The notes under the pieces: model-generated | The model's input: only the letters and a program-made list of their open reading frames with translations | The model's database searches: none | Told to the model about the DNA's origin: nothing | Translations under genes and position numbers: made by a program | Shown: positions 49,087-58,930 of the stretch, one piece after another | Numbering within the stretch: position 1 is the first letter of the stretch | How the letters are laid out: each line of letters starts with the position of its first letter | Assembly (NCBI GenBank): GCA_963812015.1 | Contig: CAWETI010000002.1 | Span: 1,408,001-1,472,000, forward strand | Direction of reading: 5' to 3' | Length of the DNA: 64,000 nt | Source: an uncultured delta proteobacterium | Lineage (GTDB): Bacteria > Desulfobacterota > Desulfobaccia > Desulfobaccales > 0-14-0-80-60-11

Positions 49087-49770
49087 ATGATGCACATCTT
49101 GGGGAGTTTGATCATGGTAATGGGGATCATGCTGTTTTTTCCGTCCGGTGGCCAGGGAGCGGAGGCGATCAAACTGCCGCCGCCGGCCAAGCAGGGGGGC
49201 ATGGCGCTGGCGATGGCGCTGGAGGCCCGGCGCACGGTGCGCCGCTTTGCGTCCCGGCCCCTGGACCTGGCCCAGATTTCCCAACTCCTGTGGAGCGCCG
49301 ACGGCCTCAGCGACGCCCAGGGCCACAGGACGTCGCCCTCCGCCGGGGCCACCTACCCCCTGGACCTTTACCTAGTGGTGGGGGAGCGGGGGGTGCCGGA
49401 TCTTCCCACCGGGATTTACCATTATCTGGTGGCGGAACATGGGCTGAGGCTCCTGGCCCCGGGTGACAGCCACGCGGCCGTGGTCCGGGCCTGCCTGCAC
49501 CAGACCTGGATGGCCGAGGCCCCGGTGATGGTGGTGATCGCCGGGGAGTACCGCCGCTGCACCAATCGGTACGGGGAGCGGGGCCTCCGTTACACCCACA
49601 TGGAATCCGGGAACGTCAGCCAGAACCTGTTCCTGGCCGCCGAGGCCCTGGGTCTGGGGGCCGGGATCGTCGGGGCCTTCGAGGATAAGGCCCTGGCCCG
49701 GGTTTTGAACCTGCCTCCGGCCCATGAGCCCCTGTTGGTCATGCCGGTGGGGTATAAGCAGGAAGGGTAA
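49087..49770 (+). CDS. SagB/ThcOx-family nitroreductase with signal-like N-terminus (copy 1)
   Basis: RRTVRRF, ISQLLWSA, RTSPSAGATYPL, ESGNVSQN, GAFED. Confidence 0.92.
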   Translation: MMHILGSLIMVMGIMLFFPSGGQGAEAIKLPPPAKQGGMALAMALEARRTVRRFASRPLDLAQISQLLWSADGLSDAQGHRTSPSAGATYPLDLYLVVGERGVPDLPTGIYHYLVAEHGLRLLAPGDSHAAVVRACLHQTWMAEAPVMVVIAGEYRRCTNRYGERGLRYTHMESGNVSQNLFLAAEALGLGAGIVGAFEDKALARVLNLPPAHEPLLVMPVGYKQEG

Positions 49771-49779
49771 TAACCAAAA

Positions 49780-51672
49780 TTGAAGCTCACCGCCATCAAA
49801 TCGAGGGCCATTGGGTATCGGTTTGGATTAGGCGATGGAGTGCCACTGAAATTCACCCCATTGAAAGTCCTCAGGTCGAATGGGGGCCATGGGACTGTTG
49901 ACGATACCCCCAATCTCACCTGGATTTTCCTTCTCTTTTTTGTATCCGCTAGTTTTCTGGCGTTCTCGTCCGTCCTGTCCTCGTTCTTCTTGTCGGATGA
50001 TTTTTGCCTGATAAGTTTAATCCGGGCAAGAGGTGCCTTCGGGATGTGGACTCGGAACAGTAACTTTTTTCGCCCGATCATTAGCCTGAGTATTTTTCTC
50101 GATCATTATTTGTGGGATTTAAATCCACTGGGCTACCATTGCACCAATATCTTTCTCCATGGCTTAAACTCATTTTTGGTTTGCCAGATATTATTAATTA
50201 TAATGAATAGATCTGCGACCAACAGTAAGGAAAGGGTAATTCCATTTTTTGCAGGATTGTTGTTCTTAGTTTTGCCATGTCATGCCGAATCAGTTGCGTG
50301 GATATCAGGCCGCACTGATGTAATTGCCACATTTTTTATGTTAATAAGTTTTTATATGTATTTATATTTTAATTCATATAGCAAAAAATATTTCCTTTAC
50401 ATTTCCATTTTATCATTTATCTTGGCTTTATTGTCAAAGGAGTCAGCTATAACAATGCCTGCTATAGTATTTCTTTTAGCAGTTTATCTTTATTTGACAA
50501 GTTTAGGTAAATATAGCGATATGCGTCGATTAATATTTATCAATTCTCCATATTTTTTAATAATCCCAGTTTATTTGTTACTCAGGTATGTATCCATAGG
50601 GGCTCTCCTGGGGGAGTTCGGGCCTAACATTTTTTCACAATTGAATTTTACAATCTTCTTGGAAACCATTGGCTCACAGTGTGCCAAGATCATTTTACCC
50701 TTAACGTTATTGAAATATTTTAATAATTATTGGGGGAGTTATCATCTTTTTCTCCCGGTTTGGTATATAGTATTAATTATTTCTGCATTGATTGTTTCCA
50801 TTTTAGTGGTAATGATAATAAAAATAAATATATTTAATGTATTGTCCGATGCAGTAAAAAATGCGTTGTTGTCTGGTGTCTTGCTTTCCATGTTTATATT
50901 ATCATTAATCCCTGTTATTGGCATGCCTATCTCTTTAACTGACAGTCAGAGTGATCGCTACGCTTATCTTCCGTCAATATTTCTAATTATATTGGTTGTG
51001 TTATTTATTAAGACCGTTTTTAGAAAGAAACGCTATTCTATAGTGTTATTAACTATTATTACTTCTTTATATAGTTATGCATTGGTCCAAGCCAATGTAA
51101 ACTGGAAAATTGCCGGGACCATATCACAAGATATTGTCAATAAGTTGGTGGGATATGATAAGTGTGACCATCTTTTTGTGATTAATATTCCCGACAATCT
51201 CAACGGTGCCTATATCTTTCGCAACGGCTTGGATTACGCCATTCCCCTTTTTATGCCAGCACCTCCTTATAGCAAGTTGATAGTTGTTTCATTCCAAAAT
51301 CTTTTCAGTGAAACCGAGGATATTCGAGTAAATTGCCGCTCGGACATGATTTCGGTGGCATTCAACCATTCCTCTGCAAGCAGGACGAGCAATCCGGATT
51401 TTTGGATCAACCGCAACCTTAATGCCGACGGCAATCACCCGGCGCACATCCCCTCTGGAGGTTCTTTTCAGACCCCCCTCTATGGAATTTCCGGATTTGA
51501 ACCCACTGGCTACCAGATAAAGTTCACACACCTTGGCAACCAGGATCGGGTGGCCTATTTCACCCAAGGACGGTTAACTGATTTAAGCTGCCCGCTCTAT
51601 AGCGAGTTCAGGACCCCACCAACAGATCAAGGGCAACTTGCCCACCTGGCGGGGCTGGCAGGCCGCCGGTGA
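49780..51672 (+). CDS. AT-rich polytopic membrane protein, GT-C/PMT-like glycosyltransferase (start uncertain)
   Basis: FLSDDF, FFRPI, GYH..N..LH, HAESVAWISGR.D, LLSKESA, DRYAYLPS. Confidence 0.8.
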   Translation: MKLTAIKSRAIGYRFGLGDGVPLKFTPLKVLRSNGGHGTVDDTPNLTWIFLLFFVSASFLAFSSVLSSFFLSDDFCLISLIRARGAFGMWTRNSNFFRPIISLSIFLDHYLWDLNPLGYHCTNIFLHGLNSFLVCQILLIIMNRSATNSKERVIPFFAGLLFLVLPCHAESVAWISGRTDVIATFFMLISFYMYLYFNSYSKKYFLYISILSFILALLSKESAITMPAIVFLLAVYLYLTSLGKYSDMRRLIFINSPYFLIIPVYLLLRYVSIGALLGEFGPNIFSQLNFTIFLETIGSQCAKIILPLTLLKYFNNYWGSYHLFLPVWYIVLIISALIVSILVVMIIKINIFNVLSDAVKNALLSGVLLSMFILSLIPVIGMPISLTDSQSDRYAYLPSIFLIILVVLFIKTVFRKKRYSIVLLTIITSLYSYALVQANVNWKIAGTISQDIVNKLVGYDKCDHLFVINIPDNLNGAYIFRNGLDYAIPLFMPAPPYSKLIVVSFQNLFSETEDIRVNCRSDMISVAFNHSSASRTSNPDFWINRNLNADGNHPAHIPSGGSFQTPLYGISGFEPTGYQIKFTHLGNQDRVAYFTQGRLTDLSCPLYSEFRTPPTDQGQLAHLAGLAGRR

Positions 51673-51801
51673 TGCGGCTTTTTTTCCCAAGGGGCTGGCA
51701 TCGGCACATTACGAGAACTATCTTCCTAATGGATAGGGCGAGAGGTTGAGCGGGCGGTGGCCCTTACGCCGCTAAAATTTATGGGGACAGAGGTTCAGCG
51801 A

Positions 51802-52476
51802 ATGAAAATCAGGTTTAGTCTGGTCATGGCCCTGTGGTTCACTCTGGTCAACTTGAGCGCCGGGTTCGGCGCCGAGGCCGTCAAGCTGCCGGCCCCGGCC
51901 ACGAAGGGCACCGTATCGGTGGAGGAGGCTTTACAAAACCGGCGTTCCACGCGACGGTTCGCCAACCGTTCCCTGGAGCTGGCGCAAATCTCCCAACTGC
52001 TGTGGGCTGCGGACGGGGTCAATAATCCCCAGGGGAAAAGGACTGCGCCCGCCGCCCGGGCTGCCTATGCCGTGAACCTCTACCTGGTGGTGGGGGATCG
52101 GGGCGTGACCAACCTGGCCCCGGGCATTTACCGTTACCTGGTGGCGGATAATACCCTGGAACCGGTGGCCAAAGGCGAGTTCCGCCCCGGGGTGGCCAAG
52201 GCTTGTAATTCCCAGGCCTGGATGACCGAAGCCCCGGTGATGGTGGTGATTACGGGGGATTACGCCCGCTGTGCGGTCAAGAATGGGGATAAAGCGCAGA
52301 TGTATACCCACATGGAGTCCGGTTTTGTCGCCCAGAACCTTTTCCTGCAGGTGGGGGCCCTGGGGCTGGGATCCGGAATCGCCGGGGGATTCAATGACAA
52401 GGCCCTGGCCCAGGTCCTGAAACTCCCCCAGAACGAGGTTCCCCTCCTGGTGATGCCGATGGGGTATAAAAATTAG
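51802..52476 (+). CDS. SagB/ThcOx-family nitroreductase with signal peptide (copy 2)
   Basis: RRSTRRF, ISQLLWAA, ESGFVAQN; long stretches nearly identical to copy 1. Confidence 0.92.
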   Translation: MKIRFSLVMALWFTLVNLSAGFGAEAVKLPAPATKGTVSVEEALQNRRSTRRFANRSLELAQISQLLWAADGVNNPQGKRTAPAARAAYAVNLYLVVGDRGVTNLAPGIYRYLVADNTLEPVAKGEFRPGVAKACNSQAWMTEAPVMVVITGDYARCAVKNGDKAQMYTHMESGFVAQNLFLQVGALGLGSGIAGGFNDKALAQVLKLPQNEVPLLVMPMGYKN

Positions 52477-52531
52477 GGGTCAGGGATCAGGGGCCAGCCA
52501 GAATTATCTTGTCATCCCTGGCCCCTGAACC

Positions 52532-52963
52532 CTATTTCTTGGAAAGATGAATATAAGTGCACAGCCCCTTGGCCACCAGGCGGTCGGCCTGGCGCACCTC
52601 GAATTCCCCCAGGGAGATGGTGCGGCCCCGCTTGGCGATGTGGGCCTCGGCGGTCACGTCCCCATCCCTCACCGCCCCCAAAAAGTTGATCTTCATCTCC
52701 ACCGTGTTGAACATTTCCCCCTCCGGCACCAGACTGTAGAGGGCGAAGGCCACGGCCTCATCCGCCAGGGCGGCGATGACGCCACCTTGCAGGAGGCCGA
52801 TGGTGTTGGCCAGTTCGGGTTTGAAGGGCAGCAGGAAGCAGGCATAACCCTTGCCTAATTGGGGAACCTGGATGCCGACAAACTTGATAAAGGGATTGGC
52901 CGCCAGTTTTTTCCGGATGGCGGCTTCCAACTCCGGGGCTAAAGGTTCGATGCTTACCTTCAT
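52532..52963 (-). CDS. PaaI-family thioesterase
   Basis: N..GLLQGGVIAALADEA, TVEMKINFL. Confidence 0.92.
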   Translation of the reverse strand: MKVSIEPLAPELEAAIRKKLAANPFIKFVGIQVPQLGKGYACFLLPFKPELANTIGLLQGGVIAALADEAVAFALYSLVPEGEMFNTVEMKINFLGAVRDGDVTAEAHIAKRGRTISLGEFEVRQADRLVAKGLCTYIHLSKK

Positions 52964-53269
52964 GGACATTCTCCCCATGCACTGAAATAATTGTCCGGTG
53001 GGGAGGCCGTCCCTGGCCGCCGTCAGGCAATCCACCGGCTGCTTGGGGCGGCGGGCCCGGAGGCCTGCGCCACCGGCTTATGGCTCTTATGAATAGAGAA
53101 AACCATACCACAGGCAGGGCGCCGGCGCCACCGGCCCGAAGTTACCATTGCAGCGGGTAGGGCGGCTCAAGGGGAAAAACGGTGGCCAGGCCCTATCGCA
53201 CTATCGCCTGGGGGGCAAATTTTTTATAATATATAAATAATCTGAGAAAACTTAATCAGGAGTCATCCG

Positions 53270-54034
53270 ATGAAAATCGCCATCAGCGGCAAAGGCGGGG
53301 TGGGGAAAACCACCCTGGCGGCCCTTTTGATCAATTATTTCCGGAGCCAAGGGAAGAAGGTGCTGGCGGTGGACGCCGACCCCGACGCCAACCTGGCCCT
53401 GGCGCTGGGGGTTTCCGATCCGGAGAACATCATCCCCTTGAGCCAGATGAAAGAGATGATCGCGGAGCGCACCGAGTCCAAGCCCGGGTCCATGGGGGGC
53501 TTTTTCAAGTTTAACCCCAAGGTGGACGACATCCCGGAGAAATTTGCCCGGGAAATCGACGGCATCAAGCTCATCGTCATGGGGGGCGTCAAGAAGGGTG
53601 GCAGCGGCTGCGTCTGCCCCGAAAGCGTGCTGCTCCGCACCCTGGTGACCCACATGGTGCTCCTCCGGGATGAAGTGGTGGTCATGGACATGGAGGCGGG
53701 GATCGAACACCTGGGCCGGGCTACGGCCCAGGGGGTGGACCGCCTCATCATCGTGGTGGAACCGGGGCGCCGCAGCATCGAAACCGCCATGCACGTGAAA
53801 GATTTGGCCGGAGACCTCGGCCTCAAAAAGGTGGCGGTGGTGGGCAGCAAGATCCGCAGCGCCTCCGACGAAGAGTTCCTCCGTAAGAATCTGCCCGATT
53901 TTCCCATCCTGGGATTCATCCCCTTTGATGACCAGATCATCGAAGCCGACCTGAAGGGGCGGCCGCCGTACGAAGCGGTGCCGTCGCTGCTTAAGGTGGC
54001 GGAAACCATCGGCCAGAGCCTCAGCGAGACCTAA
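53270..54034 (+). CDS. cooC: CooC/AcsF nickel-insertion ATPase
   Basis: GKGGVGKTT, DADPDANL, GSGCVCPE, DMEAGIEHLGR. Confidence 0.92.
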   Translation: MKIAISGKGGVGKTTLAALLINYFRSQGKKVLAVDADPDANLALALGVSDPENIIPLSQMKEMIAERTESKPGSMGGFFKFNPKVDDIPEKFAREIDGIKLIVMGGVKKGGSGCVCPESVLLRTLVTHMVLLRDEVVVMDMEAGIEHLGRATAQGVDRLIIVVEPGRRSIETAMHVKDLAGDLGLKKVAVVGSKIRSASDEEFLRKNLPDFPILGFIPFDDQIIEADLKGRPPYEAVPSLLKVAETIGQSLSET

Positions 54035-54044
54035 ACAAAATTCT

Positions 54045-54209
54045 GGGGAAAAAGGCGAAAAGGGGAAAAGGCGAAGAGGGAAAAGCAACCGCATAGCTTC
54101 TCATTTCGGAACCAAGGCGCCTTATTGCTCACCGGCTACTTTAAAAGATGCATAAATTTATGATCTTTTTCATTTCCTTTTCGCCTTTTACCCTTTTCGC
54201 CTGTTCCCC
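54045..54209. repeat. Long inverted repeat built of octamer-like units
   Basis: GGGGAAAAAGGCGAAAAGGGGAAAAGGCGAAG (54045-54083) and its near reverse complement (54173-54209). Confidence 0.75.
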
Positions 54210-54226
54210 CGTGCTTTAATACGCCC

Positions 54227-55465
54227 ATGCCCCCTAAGCCCCAGGCCAACCTGACCCGGTCCCTCAAGTTTCTGGTGGTCGCCGTCCTTTACTTCGCTGA
54301 AGGGGTGCCCTTCGGGTTTGTCTACACCACCCTGTCCTACTACCTCCGCAGCCGGGGCGTGCCCCTGGAGCAGATCGGCATCCTGAGCCTCCTGGGCCTG
54401 GCCTGGAGCCTCAAGGTCTTGTGGAGTCCCCTGGCGGACCGTTTCGGCTCCCGGGCGGCCTGGCTGGTGCCGGCCCAGGCCCTGGTGGTGGCCAGCATGC
54501 TTGGCCTGGCCTACCTGGCTAACGCCCCCATCACCCTAACGTTCTGGGTCCTGGTGGGGGTCTTGTGCCTGGCCTCGGCCACCCAGGACTTGGCGGTGGA
54601 CGCCTACACCATCGACCTCCTGGATACCGATGAACTGGGCATGGCCAACGGTATCCGCATCGGGGCTTATCGGGTGGGCCTCATCGCCGCGGGGGGCGGG
54701 GTGCTGATCCTGAGCGACCTGGTGGGCTGGAGCCCCACCTTCGTGGGGGTGGCCATCATTATGGCCGCCCTGGCCCTGACCGTGGTGGCGTTCAGCCCCT
54801 TTCACCGGGCCCGGCCCGAAGTAGCCCGGGCCCAAACCGGCAAAGGCCTCGGCCAGATTAAAGAGTCATTCCAAGGGCTGATGCGCCATCCCCACATGGG
54901 GGCCATCATCGCCTTCATTCTGGCCTATAAGGCCGGGGACGCCTTACTGGGGGCCATGATAAGCCCCTTCTGGCGGGACCTGGGCTTTTCGGGCACCCAG
55001 TTCGGGGTGGCCTCCATCATCATGGGGAAAGTCCCCGCCATCCTGGGCGGGTTCCTGGGGGGCATCATCACGGCCCGCTGGGGCATCAGCCGGGCCTTAT
55101 GGCTCCTGGGCATCTTCCAGGCCTGCTCCATCCTGGGCTACTGGGCCGCGGCCCTGCCGGGCGCCTGGCATTACACCATTTACCTGGCCACCCTGATAGA
55201 AAACCTGGCCGGCCAGATGGGCTCCGCCGCGTTCATGGCCTTCCTCATGTGCCTGTGCGATAAACGCTATAGCGCCTCCCACTATGCCTTCCTGTCCATG
55301 CTCTTCGGCCTGAGCGGCCGCCTGTGCGGCTACCTGGGGGGCTGGGCCGCGGCCTATTTCGGCTACGCCACCTTCTTCTTCCTGAGCTTCCTCATCGCCT
55401 GGCCCGCCTTCGCCCTGCTCCCCTGGGTCCTGCCCGTGATCCGCAAGATCGAGGGGAGAGAATGA
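54227..55465 (+). CDS. AmpG-family MFS permease
   Basis: LYFAEGVPFG, WSLKVLWSPL.D, SATQDLAVDAY, YSASHYA. Confidence 0.9.
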   Translation: MPPKPQANLTRSLKFLVVAVLYFAEGVPFGFVYTTLSYYLRSRGVPLEQIGILSLLGLAWSLKVLWSPLADRFGSRAAWLVPAQALVVASMLGLAYLANAPITLTFWVLVGVLCLASATQDLAVDAYTIDLLDTDELGMANGIRIGAYRVGLIAAGGGVLILSDLVGWSPTFVGVAIIMAALALTVVAFSPFHRARPEVARAQTGKGLGQIKESFQGLMRHPHMGAIIAFILAYKAGDALLGAMISPFWRDLGFSGTQFGVASIIMGKVPAILGGFLGGIITARWGISRALWLLGIFQACSILGYWAAALPGAWHYTIYLATLIENLAGQMGSAAFMAFLMCLCDKRYSASHYAFLSMLFGLSGRLCGYLGGWAAAYFGYATFFFLSFLIAWPAFALLPWVLPVIRKIEGRE

Positions 55466-55741
55466 TTGAAGGGAGGGCGGGATCAGTGCTGCCCGGCAGG
55501 CATTTTGCACCCAGGGTTAAGCGGGTACATTGAAGGAATGTAGCCGCACGCTTTAGCCTGTGCCACCAAAGATTTTTCTTGAAGAGGGGAGTCCTCGGAA
55601 TACCCAGGATAGCCGGGATACGGGCTTGTTAGTTAATGTGAACGTCATGTTATCTCCGGTGCGTCACCTGGTGGCCTCCCCAAATACCCAACCTCCTGAG
55701 ATTCCTAATATATTGCAATCCTAGCCCTAGGGGGCTATACT

Positions 55742-56641
55742 ATGCTTATGGCTCAAGAAACCTGGATTGAGGTGCGCGTTCTCGTGCCTGCCCGGATGCA
55801 GGAGGAGGCCTCCCTGTTTCTTACCGATTTCAGCGGCCGGGGAGTGATCATCGAGGAGGACAACGTCCCGGCGGGCGGTGTGGTCATCCGGTCTTATTTC
55901 CGGCCGGAGGAGTATGGCGACTGGCAGCGGCAAGAGTTGCAGGACTATATTAAGCGCCTCAGCGGCTATGAGCTCTATCCCCTGGGCCTGGAGGTCCGCC
56001 AGGTGGCCGAAGAAGACTGGGCCGAAGCCTGGAAGGCCCATTTCAAGCCCTTAAAGGTGACGGATCATGTGGTCATCCGGCCGCCTTGGGAGGAATACGC
56101 CGCCCAACCGGGCGAAACGGTGATCACCATCTACCCCGGCATGGCCTTCGGCACCGGTCGCCACGCCAGCACCCTGTTGTGCCTCAGGGCTCTGGAGCAG
56201 GTGTGGGAGGCGCGCCTGCCCCGGGCCGGTGGCCCCTGGCAGGTGCTGGACGTGGGCACCGGCACCGGCATCCTGGCCCTGGTGGCGGCCCGCTATGGAG
56301 CCGAGGTGCTGGCCATCGACCTGGACCCGGAGGCCGTGGCCGCGGCCTTGGAAAACGTGCGTCTGAACAATCTGGTTGACCGGGTGTATGTGGAGGAAAC
56401 GCCCCTCGCCTCACTGCGGCAGCAGTTCGGCCTCATCCTGGCCAACATCACCGCCCCGGATTTGCTCCAACTGGCCGAGGCCTTGACCGCCCGGCTGTTG
56501 AGCGAAGGCGTCTTGATCATCTCCGGGTTCCTGGCCGAAGACGTCCCGTCCCTTTTAAGTCGTTACCAGGGGCTGGGCTTGCACCAGACCGGGTTCCTTA
56601 CCCATGAGGATTGGGGCGCCTTGATTTTCCGACGTCCTTAA
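55742..56641 (+). CDS. prmA: Ribosomal protein L11 methyltransferase
   Basis: EEDWAEAWK, PGMAFGTGRH.ST, LDVGTGTGIL, ILANI. Confidence 0.96.
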   Translation: MLMAQETWIEVRVLVPARMQEEASLFLTDFSGRGVIIEEDNVPAGGVVIRSYFRPEEYGDWQRQELQDYIKRLSGYELYPLGLEVRQVAEEDWAEAWKAHFKPLKVTDHVVIRPPWEEYAAQPGETVITIYPGMAFGTGRHASTLLCLRALEQVWEARLPRAGGPWQVLDVGTGTGILALVAARYGAEVLAIDLDPEAVAAALENVRLNNLVDRVYVEETPLASLRQQFGLILANITAPDLLQLAEALTARLLSEGVLIISGFLAEDVPSLLSRYQGLGLHQTGFLTHEDWGALIFRRP

Positions 56642-56706
56642 CCATTGACCGCAAAACTTGCGGCTCCGACGACAGCCTGTCGCCGGCTTGAGAATAAGGG
56701 GATTCC

Positions 56707-57036
56707 ATGAAAGATCTATTGCACAAGGCGTGGCTTTTTGGCGCGGGGGTGTTCGATTTCACCAAGGATAAGGTGGAGGCCCTGGTGGAGGAAATGGTGC
56801 AGCGGGGCGAAATCACCCAGCAAGAGAGCTCCGAGACCGTAAAACAATTGTTGACCAAGGCCCAGGAGGCCCAGCAGGCCATGGTGGAGAAGACCAAGGA
56901 ACTGGTGCATAAGGCCTTGGCGGAAACAAAATGTGCCAAAGCTGCTGACCTGGCGGCCCTGGGAAAACGCGTAGCCGCGTTGGAGAGGGAGATTCAGCGC
57001 TTAGAGGAAATGATGCGGGAAGTCAGCGGCGAGTAG
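56707..57036 (+). CDS. Phasin-like coiled-coil protein
   Basis: GAG...TKDKVEALVEEMVQRGEI pattern and coiled-coil tail. Confidence 0.75.
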   Translation: MKDLLHKAWLFGAGVFDFTKDKVEALVEEMVQRGEITQQESSETVKQLLTKAQEAQQAMVEKTKELVHKALAETKCAKAADLAALGKRVAALEREIQRLEEMMREVSGE

Positions 57037-57081
57037 GGTGGATATCACCCGGAACCGATCGCTAAACCCTATTGCCAGACC

Positions 57082-57810
57082 ATGCGCCGATTCTATGCCC
57101 CGCCGGAACATTTTCAAGGCAACGTGGTGACCCTGGACCCGGAGGAGACCTTTCACCTGGCCCGAGTCCTGCGCCTTGCGGTGGGGGCCTGGGTGGAGGT
57201 CTGCGACGGCCAGGGAGGGAATTTTGCGGCCCGGGTGGCTACCCTGGAACCCCGGGGGGCCACGCTTTGCATCATGGAAAAGCTGGACCCCTGGGGAGAG
57301 TCGCCTCTGCCCCTGGTCCTGGGGATCGGCCTGGCCAAAGGGGAGGCCCTGGATGAGGCCGTTCGCCAGGCCACCGAGATGGGGGTGAGCCGGATTTTTC
57401 CCTTCATCTCGGAGCGGTCGGAACGGCTCCCCCCGGAGCGGGTGGTGCGGCGCCGGGAACGCTGGCAGCGTCTGGCCCGGGAGAGCATCAAGTCCTGCCA
57501 GCGGTCGTTGCTGCCCGGGATCGAGGCGCCTCGGGATTTTGCGGCGGCGCTGGAAGGGCCCGAGGAGATCAAACTCATCTTCTGGGAAGAAGAGCGGGGC
57601 GGGGGGCTCAAGTCCTTTCTCGAGCTGCCCCGGCCCCGGGACGCCAGGATTCTCATCGGGCCGGAAGGAGGGTTTTCTCCCCATGAGGCGGACCTGGCCC
57701 GGGAGGCCGGCTTTCACGTGGTGAGCCTGGGGCCCCGCCGTCTCAAGGTGGCCACCGCGGCCCTGGCGGCCATCACCTTGGTGCAGTATGCCTGGGGGGA
57801 CCTGGCCTGA
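57082..57810 (+). CDS. rsmE: 16S rRNA m3U1498 methyltransferase
   Basis: HLARVLRL, ATEMGV, IGPEGGFS, SLGPRRL. Confidence 0.96.
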   Translation: MRRFYAPPEHFQGNVVTLDPEETFHLARVLRLAVGAWVEVCDGQGGNFAARVATLEPRGATLCIMEKLDPWGESPLPLVLGIGLAKGEALDEAVRQATEMGVSRIFPFISERSERLPPERVVRRRERWQRLARESIKSCQRSLLPGIEAPRDFAAALEGPEEIKLIFWEEERGGGLKSFLELPRPRDARILIGPEGGFSPHEADLAREAGFHVVSLGPRRLKVATAALAAITLVQYAWGDLA

Positions 57811-58730
57811 TGGCCGTCGACCTCCCCTACCGGGATCTCAATTCCTACCTGAAAGGTCGGTTCGGCGAGCGGATCCAGAAAATCACCCTGGATGCCGGGC
57901 TGACCTGCCCCAACCGGGACGGCCGGGTGTCCACCGGCGGTTGCCTCTACTGTAACGCCCGGGGCTCCGGCACCGGCGCCTGGGACCGGGGCCAGGACCT
58001 ACCGGCCCAAATAGCGGCGGGCCTGGAGGGCATGACCCGGCGCTACGGGGCGAGGCGGTTCATCGCCTATTTCCAAAGTTTTTCCAATACGTATGCGCCC
58101 CTTGCCAGGCTCCGGGAGCTCTACGAGGCCGCCCTGGCCTGGCCCCAGGTGGTGGGTCTGAGCATCGGCACCCGTCCGGATTGCCTGGCGGATGAGGTTC
58201 TGGACCTACTGGCCGGCTATGCCCGGGACCGGCTGATCTGGCTGGAGCTGGGGCTGCAATCCGCCCATGACGCGACGCTTGCGCGCATTAATCGGGGGCA
58301 CGACGTGGCTTGCTTCACCGAGGCCGCAAGCCGGGCCGCGGCCCGGGGCCTCCCGGTGGTGGCCCACGTGATTTTGGGACTGCCTGGAGAGGGCCCCCGG
58401 GAAATGACCGCCACCGCCGCCTATCTGGCCCGGCTCCCCTTGCAGGGGGTCAAAATCCACTTGCTCTATGTCATCAAGGATTCCGCCCTAGCTCGGCTGC
58501 ATGGGGACGGAAGGTACGTCTGCCTCACCGAAGACCAATACGTCAATCTTGTGGTGGACTTCATCGAACGGCTCCCTCCCCACTTGGTGATTCACCGGCT
58601 CACCGGCGACCCTCATCCCGAGGAGTTGGTGGCACCGGCCTGGTGCCTGGATAAATTCCGGGTTCTGCAACGCATCCGGGAGGAATTTGCCCGCCGGGGC
58701 ACACGCCAGGGGAGCCGGTGGGAAGGCTGA
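57810..58730 (+). CDS. Radical SAM protein (TIGR01212/YhcC family)
   Basis: CPNRDG...GGCLYC, YFQSFSNTY, IGTRPDC, ELGLQS, INRGH. Confidence 0.94.
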   Translation: MAVDLPYRDLNSYLKGRFGERIQKITLDAGLTCPNRDGRVSTGGCLYCNARGSGTGAWDRGQDLPAQIAAGLEGMTRRYGARRFIAYFQSFSNTYAPLARLRELYEAALAWPQVVGLSIGTRPDCLADEVLDLLAGYARDRLIWLELGLQSAHDATLARINRGHDVACFTEAASRAAARGLPVVAHVILGLPGEGPREMTATAAYLARLPLQGVKIHLLYVIKDSALARLHGDGRYVCLTEDQYVNLVVDFIERLPPHLVIHRLTGDPHPEELVAPAWCLDKFRVLQRIREEFARRGTRQGSRWEG

Positions 58731-58930
58731 CCGGCGTCAAGATTTCTCGCCTGGAGCTAGTCTTGCTTTTTTCTCGCCACGTCCGGCATTTTTCTCCTGG
58801 GGATATTGGCGCTCCTGGGATATATTTACCTTGATCCGGTGCGGGAGCGGTTTTACCAGGCAGTCCTCCACCGGGCGGATGCGCGCCGTGATGAACGGCG
58901 CCGGCGTAAAGGAATTTATATGTCATCGCC

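Noticed and set aside
49087..52476. SagB/ThcOx genes as a RiPP (azole) biosynthetic cluster
   Set aside because: No YcaO, precursor peptide or exporter nearby; stand-alone SagB-family nitroreductases are common.
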